Source: Octopus sinensis (lineage: Eukaryota). From it: DNA of 33,492 nt. Position numbers and translations under genes: made by a program. Where the stretch lies: NCBI RefSeq assembly GCF_006345805.1, contig NW_021832080.1, positions 1 to 33,492 of the forward strand. The letters are read 5' to 3'. How positions within the stretch are numbered: position 1 is the stretch's first letter; every line of letters starts with the position of its first letter. Below are positions 24,206-33,492 of this stretch, piece after piece. Under the pieces are notes generated by a model that saw only the letters and a program-made list of their open reading frames with translations, ran no database searches and was not told the origin of the DNA.

Positions 24206-25481
24206 TTGTATATATATATATATTTATATATAAAGTTATATGTATATACCATGTATATGTATATACACATGTATATGTATATACACATGTATATGTATAT
24301 ACGTGAAAATGTGTATACATGTATGTATGTCGATATGTATGCGCATAAACAACCACACACCACGGATGCTGCAAAATGATATATGGACTAAAAAGTGCGC
24401 GGTTGACCCATTTAAATTTGTACGCCTTAATAATACATCAAAGTTTTCGTTCCAAATTCCCAACCTCAGCAATCCTTCTCCTTCGATATGAAACGGAGTC
24501 CATCCATCAATCAACCAGTCAATCAATTATTTCATTAGTGTCAATTAAATTGACGACTCACGCTTCCTTTAACAAACTGAAGCGTTGTCTCGTAGAATAT
24601 AGTTTCTATACGTAGGCTACGCGGGTCGTAAATTTATACTGCATTAGACATGAAGTGTTTTATCGTTGTATTATCAAGACAGTCTTTCTTACGCAAACAT
24701 AGACCCTCATACACACATATGAACACACACGCTTAGACACACACCAGACACGCATGCACATACAAACACATTCAGACACACACACCCATATACATGCACA
24801 GGCACACATTTACAGTCGTTGTAACAAACGGAATCGTGATTCATAGAGGAGATACGGAAAGAAGTCTTATCTTCTAATTAATGAATAAACCATACTACAT
24901 GTATTAAGTATTACTTAATGTAAATACTTAATGTAAATGGCTGTGAGTACAGCCTATTGATAACGCCCACCGAAGCAGAAATGCATATATAATTTTCACT
25001 AGCAACTGCCTAGGCTATTTTAGTCTAATTTAAACACGGCACGTCCGGAGATATTCTCTCCGAGAGAATAGTGGAGCAGATTTAACATTCAGGAGGTTTT
25101 GAAATTAAATACAATACACAGGTGGTTATTTTGATCTAATACTGCTTCTATTGCATATAACGCATTTTCATTCAGCCAAACGGCTATTCGCAACGCGGTT
25201 GTTAGTAAGTATATGCTATTGACAAAGCCCAAAAAGGAGAAATACATTTAGCACACTCATTAACCACTGCTACGACGATTTTCTTCTGCCTCCAATATAT
25301 ATTGTGTTTATAAAGAAACACAACCACAAGAAATATAATCTCTGCGCAAATATATATATAGAGAGAGAAGGGGAGGGAAGATATAATTATAGATAGGTGG
25401 TTAGATAGATAGAGTGATTAATATTGTATATTACACACACATTATTTACATGTATGTATGTATGCATGTATGTATGCATGT

Positions 25482-25514
<33 letters not shown>

Positions 25515-25623
25515 GATATATATATATATATATATATCATATATATATATATATTCATATATATACATATATACATACACGCATACATACATACATACAT
25601 ATATACATATATACATACATACA

Positions 25624-25656
<33 letters not shown>

Positions 25657-25805
25657 TTCATATAAAATTTAGTGTACATTTAAGCACAAAAGAGGTGAAC
25701 CTTAGCAGGTTGCCTAACATACTAGAAAGAACACAATAAAAGTCCAAACCATAGTTAAGAGCAATTTCGAAGGGAATGAAAAATTAAAACATTTACCATG
25801 TTTTT

Positions 25806-25879
25806 CAGCCGGACCTCAGATTTCGAACTTTAATTAGCAAATAAAATAATTTGCAAGGCGAAGTTCTCATCAGCGGATA
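25806..25879 (-). ncRNA. Type-I hammerhead ribozyme motif
   Basis: Reverse complement of 26609-26682: CCG-CTGATGA-GAACTT..AAGTTC-GAAA-TCTGAG-GTC-CGG; GUC at 25814-25812. Confidence 0.8.
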
Positions 25880-26159
25880 CACCAAAGCATTAACATGTAA
25901 ATTAGAGACCGAATAACACGTGCCTCATCCTTATATATTATAATTTTTTTCAATCCTCCGCGCAAGCGCAGATTCAATTGACAGCAAATAAAGATTCCGA
26001 TTAAACTTCAGAAATTGCAAAAATCATTTCTTGAAATTAATTTAGGGTAGGAAAAATTATAGAATTTTTTTCTACCAGTGGCCTAGTATGTATACAGTCA
26101 ATAGACATATATTTCATATAACAATTAGTGTTCCTAATTTATATGTTAATGTTTTGGCG

Positions 26160-26227
26160 TATCCGCTGATGAGAACTTCGCCTTGCAAATTATTTTATTT
26201 GCTAATTAAAGTTCGAAAGTCCGGCTG
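26160..26227 (+). ncRNA. Type-I hammerhead motif lacking the helix III segment
   Basis: CTGATGA at 26166-72, GAAA 26215-18 followed directly by GTC 26219-21 (6-nt deletion of TCTGAG relative to the other two copies). Confidence 0.65.
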
Positions 26228-26608
26228 TAAAACATGGTAAATGTTTTTATCTTTCATTCCTTTCGAAATTGCTCTTAACTGGGGTTTGGACTTTTATTAT
26301 GTTCTTTCTAATATGTTAGGCAACCTGTTACGGCTCGCCTCTTTTGTGTTTAAATGTACATTGATTTTTATATGAAAAATATGTCTATTGACTTTGTAGC
26401 CATACGAGGCCACTGGTAGAAAAATCTCTATAATTTTTCCTACTCTATATTAATTTAAGAAATGATTTTACCAATTTCTGAAGTTCAATCGGAATTTTTA
26501 TTTGCTGCCGATTGAATCTGGGCTTGCGCGGAGGATTTGAACTATTATAATATATAAGGATGAGGCACGTGTTATTTGGTCCCTAATTTATTTATTAATG
26601 TTTTAGCG

Positions 26609-26682
26609 TATCCGCTGATGAGAACTTCGCCTTGCAAATTATTTTATTTGCTAATTAAAGTTCGAAATCTGAGGTCCGGCTG
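26609..26682 (+). ncRNA. Type-I hammerhead ribozyme motif
   Basis: Helix I CCG/CGG; core CTGATGA 26615-21; helix II GAACTT 26622-27/AAGTTC 26658-63 with inner stem GCAAAT/ATTTGC; GAAA 26664-67; weak short helix III; GUC 26674-76. Confidence 0.8.
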
Positions 26683-26915
26683 AAAAACATGGTAAATGTT
26701 TTTATTTTTCATTCCCTTCGAAATTGCTCTCAACTATGATTTGGACTTTTATTGTGTTCTTTTTAGTATGTTAGGCAACCTGCTAAGGCTCACCTCTTTT
26801 GTGTTTAAATGTAAAATATATCTACTGACTTTGTATCCATACTAGGCCACTGGTAGAAAAAATTTCTATAATTTTTCCTACCCTATATTAATATACATAC
26901 ATACATATATATGCT

Positions 26916-26950
<35 letters not shown>

Positions 26951-26963
26951 ATTTATATATATA

Positions 26964-27346
26964 CTAGCAGTATCGCCCGGCGTTGCTCAGGTTTGTAAGG
27001 GAAATAACTATAAAGCATTTTTAGAGAGTTATAGCCAAAAAATAGCAAAAAAATGGAAAAAAAATGATGGTAAATTTTTTTGAGAGTTAAAAAAGGTGGA
27101 GTTGCGTCCCCTAGACGGTCTGTGGTTTGGGTTTCTGATTCTCGACCCTATGTCGAATTTATCGATTTTTTTCAGAACTGGGGGAACTTTTCAAAATTTT
27201 CGCTGCGTTAGTTTTGAATTATGACATTGGGCTATGTGTGTGTCAAGTTTCATCAGAATCGGTTGAAAGCCGTGGTCAGAGTGAGGGTACGAGAAAACAG
27301 ACACACAGAAAACGCACAGACAAACTGCCGTTTATATAGAGAGAGA
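26964..27346 (-). mobile_element. Non-autonomous Helitron (~383 bp)
   Basis: Minus strand A|TC...CTAG|T, with a GC-rich subterminal hairpin CCTGAGCAACGCCGGG just before CTAG; inserted in (TA)n. Confidence 0.8.
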
Positions 27347-28040
27347 TATATAATGTATATCTATCTATCTACATGTCTGTCTGTCTGTCTGTATGTATGT
27401 ATGTATGTATGTATGTATGTATGTATGTATGTATGTGTGGATGTAGGTGTCTTGAAAACGAAATTAGATCTTCTATCAAGATATCCGAGTGAACTCACCT
27501 CACGGCAAAAAAAAAAGCCTCATTTCAGAGGAGGTTTCAAGTAGCAAAGTTGACGTCTGTGTCCCAGCATGACCGCATCCCTCAAGATGAAACTAGTAAA
27601 GAAATAAACATACATACGCACACATACAAAACCATATCCTACGTTTAAGATTTTATGGTTTTAAGTATTTTGCATTTAAATTTAAATCTTCATATATTTC
27701 CACCTTCTGTATGACACTCCTCTCGTGGTTGATCGATAAAATACAGAATATGTAATCAGCAATCAATTAATCTTTTAATTAATTAATTAGTTTCAATTAA
27801 ATCGACTAAATATGGACTCACGTTGTATAAAGAGAGACGGCACAGCTGAGCTACAGAGTACGTCTAATTCACATAAGATCGTAAAAGAGATATTCTCGCT
27901 TGCATTACAGAATCGATACTTGGTCACTGAAATGATTCACTATGAGCTTACGTCTCTTTTTCTGTTGCGTTTTACCTTTCCACCATAAAGATATACATAT
28001 ACACAGCGAACATATCCTTTGCTGTTATTGTATTTGTCTA

Positions 28041-28850
28041 CGATGGGATACCCAAAAGAAACCAGAATCGGTCCAGACGCGTTTTCTACTGTTCGAGACA
28101 GCGCTGGAACTCTTGCAAAGGGATGCCTTTTAACACCTCCGTCGTTTACCTCTTTACCTCTTCCACATCTGCAAATTCCGTAGCACCAGCTTTCGTCACC
28201 AGTCATGACCTTCGAAAACATTCCCGGATCAATTTCCATCTGTTCTTTCAGTTCATGACACACAGTCGTGACTGTTTTTGATCTTCTCTATGCAAGCGAA
28301 GCACAAATTTTACTGCAGCTCTTTCCATTCGGAATTCCTCGCTCAAAATTCGCTGGCAGGAGCTCGAGGGCACACCAGTCATATCAAGTTTGTCAGCTGT
28401 TCGGTGACGATCCTCCAAGATCAGTTCACGAATTTTCATGATGTTTTCATGCATTCGAGAGATTGCCCTGAACAAGGTTGGTATACAAGCGACAAGTGAC
28501 TATTCTTAAAGCATGAAAACCACTCGTAAACTTCTGTTTTGTTCATGGTAGTGTCCTTGCACGCTGCTTGAAGCATAGCATCTATTTCGGCTACCGTTTT
28601 CACCAGCAGAAGACAAAATTTCACAGAAGCCTGCTGTTCCTTCCTTCCAGCCATCGTAAAAATCGACGAATAGGAGAAAAGCACTGCAAAACAAAGACGT
28701 ACCACGTAGCAATACGACCTGAAGCAACGACGCCGGTCGGCAGACTGATGCCTGAGGGTCGCATCAAGTGGTTGCTGGTGGCGGAAACCTAAACTACACC
28801 GAGCTTGTCCTAAATAGACCATTTCCGGTTATTTTGGGGGTATCTCCACG
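28041..28850 (-). mobile_element. mariner transposon, internally deleted
   Basis: Imperfect TIRs CGATGGGATACCCAAAAGAAACCAGAA / CGTGGAGATACCCCCAAAATAACCGGAA with TA on both sides. EQQASVKFC, VYEWFSCFK, VMTGDESWCYG, then a jump to the C-terminus (second and third catalytic D missing). Confidence 0.9.
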
Positions 28851-29081
28851 TAGTCTAGTTGTTCATTAATTGACTTGGATTATGTTCAAAGAAATTCCAA
28901 CCTCGAGCGACGACTTTTTCTATATTTAGGACTATATTGCCTAATTTCTCTCTCCCTCTCCCTCTCTCTCTCTCTCCTTCTCTCTCCCTCGCACCTTCTG
29001 CTTCTCTCTGTGTGTATACATTACATACATACATGCATACATACATACAAAATCATACAACATAATAGATACATACATACA

Positions 29082-29141
<60 letters not shown>

Positions 29142-29714
29142 ATATATATAATATATATATAGCTGCACGCGTGTATGTGTGTATGCGTGTATGTATCAAT
29201 ATGTATTTTAGAGTGAATTTTAGTCATTAAGCCTGCGTTGGTTGTACATAATATTGGGTAGGCTACGTGTAAAAGAAAAACAATAATGACAATACAAATA
29301 TTTATTTGAGTTTTCACACATCTTTATTAGTGCGCAGTGTTTACATTTACATGTGTACATATATTTGATTTAACGGAACAACATTCATGTGATAATGAAC
29401 TGAATGGTTAAGAGTCTTTAGTAACATGGTGGATAATATCGTGAAAGTAATTAATTGTTATTGGTAGAAACTATTAGCACCACTACTGCATGTAAGTAAT
29501 GAGTGCATGATTGGGTATTACAACCCAAAGGCGGAAACCTTTTTGTCAAACCAGTCACAAGTATGTCAAGTAAGAACCGCTGAGTGGTTTGGGTCTGCGA
29601 TTAAGTTCGCCAACTTTTTATAACTGTACAAAATAGATTCTAGAAATTTAGATCCAGCAATTTGGCGGGAAACTCGCTCATTTTCTCTGTGCATGTGTGT
29701 GTGTGTGTGTGTGG

Positions 29715-29750
<36 letters not shown>

Positions 29751-30530
29751 TGTGTGTGTGTATGCGTGCGTGCAATGTTTTCTACATTTTCAGCGCTTTG
29801 CTCTTACATTTATGAAATTATTTTTTTATCTATATTTTTTCCTCAAAGTTCATATCGTTAGTATCCCGATTATGCTTGCTCTCCGATGAGCCTCCAGCAA
29901 AACAAGATAGTTATTGTATATAAATGTCAATTTTATCATATCAAATGTTTAATAAATATAGTCATTAATCAAACGTTTACACTTAAAATAACATTTGCAT
30001 ATCACTGTGATTTCTTTCTTCCTTGATTCTGGTGATATGTTCCAAAAAACAAACACACTCCATAAGAGATATTTTTTTAGGACGAATACCGCACTAAACT
30101 TACTTATCACGATGAATAAACATTAAATATGACACACAAAGGGCTAATTTTAATCCAATACTGCTTCTGTTGCATATGTCCGATGTTTATTCAGTGGAAT
30201 GGTAATTTCCAGCTTCAGTGATTGTTTTCCTATATCAGTGGCGATAAATTTCGTCTTGACATACGGTTTCTTGTACATCTTACTGATAAAACTCACAGAG
30301 GCAGAAATGCATCTAACATTTTCACAAGCCGCTGCTAGGACGATTTTTGTTTGCCTCTGATATGTATTTTGTTTCTAAGCACAGTATGTACATAAGAGCA
30401 AATACGGCAGTAAATTTGTCTTTCACGATGTTCTTCTATTAAGTATGATACATAGATGGCTGGTTTAATGTAATACTGTTTTTAGTGAAAATAACGTGTG
30501 TATGTGTGTGTGTATAAATATATATATATA

Positions 30531-30566
<36 letters not shown>

Positions 30567-30604
30567 CGTATAAATGTGTGTGTGTGTATACATATGTATA
30601 TTTA

Positions 30605-31870
30605 TACGGCTAATTTCAGAAACATAATTTTATTCTGGAAAAATTAACAATAGAAATGCTTTGATTAGTCAAAGTATGAGCCGTGAACATCTATGCACCT
30701 CTGTCATCGATCAACGAGATTATTTATGCCCTGTTGATAAAATTTTATTGGCTTTGGTGCTAAGAAATCTTTGAAAGCTGATTCCACCTCTGGTTTGGAC
30801 CTGAAAATTTTATTACTTAAAAACATGTTAAATACTTTTAAAAAATGGTATTCAGTGGGTGAAAGACCAGGAGTATATGGAGGATATGGTAAAGTCTCGT
30901 ATCCCAAATCTGTGAGTTTCTGCAGCGTCATTCTTGCAACATGTGGCTTTGTATTATCGTGTAGCAGAATTGGGCTACGCCAATTCACCAATGCAGGTCA
31001 CCAATTCACCAATTGCAAGTAAGCATATATTTCAGCAAGTTGGCTGCAGTAAACCTTTGCTATAATGCTCTGATTGGCTTCGAGAAAGCTGTAATGGTCA
31101 ACACCAATTGCAGACCGCCAAACAGTCACCATAATCTTTCGCTAATGCAACTTTGGCTTTGAGAAATGTTTGGGGGACTCATCACGATCAAGCCATTGAC
31201 CTGATCGTTTACGGTTATTGTAACTGATCCACTTTTCGTCTCAAGTGACTATTCGGTCAAGAAAAGAATCATTGGTGTTTCGCAGAAAGAGCATCGAGCA
31301 CACATCAAAACGCCGTACTTTTTGATTTTCATTGAGCTCATGCGGTACCCATTTATCGAGCTTTTTCACCTTACCAAACTTCTGCAGATTGCGTGAGACC
31401 GTTGCAATACCAACACCATGTGCCTGAGACATTTCTCTGACCCTTTGACGTGGGTTTTGTCCAACAATTGCTTTCAGTTGTTCATTGTGAAAACTGCATG
31501 ACCGTCCTCTATCTTCTTAATCTTCAAGGCTCTCATCACCACTACGGAATTTCTGAAACCACCTTCGTACTATGCGATCACCTGTGGACCCCTCTCATTG
31601 ATATTGGCAGCAGTTTGGGAGGAATTGTGCCCAAGCTTGAACTCATGAATGAAAAGTAGGTGAAGGTCCTTTTCTGTCATGTTCATAATTAAGGGCGCCT
31701 ATGCTTCAAGAATGTTTTCTGTCTGAAATAAATAGAAAATTATTAAAGAGCATACATCAATTATTAAGTATACCGAAATTAACCTAAAATATAATTAAAA
31801 TACTATAATAAAATTGCGTTTCAAAACACAACACTTAGAGCGGCCATTATTGAGGGAACAAGCTGATTGC
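30605..31870 (-). mobile_element. mariner transposon, cecropia (Hsmar1-like) subfamily; transposase pseudogene 31686-30665
   Basis: HEFKLG, KVKKLDKWVPHELNENQKVRRFDV, FLDRIVT*DEKW, ILLHDNTKPH, YPPYTPGLSPTEYHF, GSYFD*. TIR pair not clearly recoverable, so element ends are approximate. Confidence 0.9.
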
Positions 31871-32388
31871 TTAAAACCCGCACTCCGTGCGGACTTTTAA
31901 GCTACTTCCTGCGGAGGGCTAATTGAGTCGTCGGCCCAAAACTGCTGAGAGCAATAATAATAAAAGATTTATTCATATCTTACCATCTCAGATTTATATC
32001 ACAGAGTATCACATTTGGAGAATTTTGTTATCACCGTGACATTCGGAGATCACAGGATGAATAACATTCTTGGTTGACAAACAGAATGTCGCGTTTATCA
32101 AGCTTTGATCAGTTTTCCGACACAGAATGTCGCGTTTACTATTATAGCTAACGAAGGTAACGATTGTAAATCGCTTGAAGCTTCTCACGGTCGCTTTATC
32201 TGCTGGAAATAGCAGCCCAAATGCTCTTACATCAGATTCCAATGCTGGAGGTTCAAGAACCAAATGAATATCAAATTTTCAATCATGGGATCATCCTGAT
32301 TCCAAAAAGCTATAATATGTCTATGCAGAGCAATTGTAGAGTTAGATACAGGGGTCCCGGCAGACGGAATTTTACTTTTATGTGTGTG

Positions 32389-32432
<44 letters not shown>

Positions 32433-33104
32433 ATATACATACATACATGCATACATACATACATATATACATACATATATGCATACTTATTCCTCTATCA
32501 CCCTTTTTTTATCACGTAGTTGGGTTCTCGGAAGATATATTTTAACAAGTCCCAAACAATTTTTCATCTGTGTGTAGCTCTATTTGTCCGTGCAATTACT
32601 GCTCGTTGGTTAGTTTACTAAAAGCTAGATGACAGTGAAAGTCGAGTGTCCACTTAGCTAAATACGTTTGTTTGATGTGATTTTTGTGAGTTACCTAACC
32701 CTGTTCTATATTTATTATATAGCTAATGATGCAGCTCCAAAAGTTATTGTCAATTATTTATTGAGTACTTTGGGGCATTATGCCCCAAATTAGATCCATG
32801 AGAATATTTTGCATTCAAGAAATATAAGAAAAATCATTCTCGTACTCTTCCCCTCTCTCACTCTCTCTCTCTCACTCTCTCTCTCTCTCTCTCACACATA
32901 CACTCAGACATGTATGTATATATGTATATATAGTTATATAGTTATATGCATATATGTATGCATATAACAATATATATATATATATATATGTGTGTGTGTA
33001 TGAATAAATACATATATATATATATATATACATATAAATATATACACGTGTGTACATATAAATTTCATATATGGTGTGTGTATGTATATATGCGTATATA
33101 TATA

Positions 33105-33143
<39 letters not shown>

Positions 33144-33160
33144 TATATACATATATATTA

Positions 33161-33223
<63 letters not shown>

Positions 33224-33243
33224 GATATATATATATATATATA

Positions 33244-33492
33244 TATATTGGGGCGACTTCTTCTGAATTATCCCAGAGGATTTCCAGTCATTATTCAACT
33301 TCCGAGATAAGAGAAAACAACAAAGTACAGGACTAAGTAAATTAGTTTGGCGTCTTAGGACAGCAATATAACTTTCAAGCTGGAATGGTCCATATTATCT
33401 GTATCCTTTCCTTTTGATAAGGGCAGAAAATATTGCGGCGTCTGTAATTCCGAGCTTTCTATATACTTTTCGCCAAATTCCCTTTGGTAAAA
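33244..33492 (+). mobile_element. PLE GIY-YIG endonuclease fragment (runs off the window)
   Basis: [52 protein letters not shown] matches the PLE pattern YIG.T....R...H, ST.LS..VW.L, W.I, C..C..E; frameshifted. Confidence 0.8.

Larger units (their letters stand above)
25650..26892. mobile_element. ~455-bp monomer array (about 1.05 copies minus, then about 1.7 copies plus) with one hammerhead per monomer; retrozyme-like
   Basis: Minus block 25650-26131, plus block 26132-26892; period ~449-456 depending on indels; no ORF; bounded by microsatellites. Confidence 0.88.

Noticed and set aside
29661-29672. TTTGGCGGGAAA, an E2F-type site
   Set aside because: A single short motif with no promoter context.
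32020-32140. Kinase-like words (HRDI, NIL, IKL) and a 17-bp direct repeat ACAGAATGTCGCGTTTA (32081, 32122)
   Set aside because: The motifs lie in different frames with wrong spacing and stops. Two repeat units do not make an array and are not CRISPR.

Overview
Gene-poor, AT-rich eukaryotic DNA (intergenic or intronic), packed with microsatellites and decayed transposons. The SINE families and repeat landscape suggest a coleoid cephalopod, most likely Octopus; this is an inference from recall and was not searched. No intact host protein-coding gene can be supported, and most listed ORFs are microsatellite artefacts. Recognisable elements: three Penelope-like element (PLE) fragments, two RLE-endonuclease non-LTR fragments, a 5'-truncated CR1-group LINE, three mariner relics plus a mariner-derived MITE remnant, a non-autonomous Helitron, and at least four tRNA-derived SINE families. 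The most interesting signal is a set of small non-coding repeats carrying type-I hammerhead ribozyme (HHR) motifs. (i) A ~455-bp tandem/inverted retrozyme-like array with three CUGAUGA..GAAA..GUC cores (25650-26892). (ii) A tRNA-headed SINE with a minimal HHR in its 3' part, in head-to-head inversion (7980-8519). (iii) A short (TA)n-associated family with HHR-like cores (near 2430, 20965, 21250). Together these look like PLE-mobilised, ribozyme-bearing non-autonomous retroelements. All alignments and translations were done by eye, so element boundaries are approximate.
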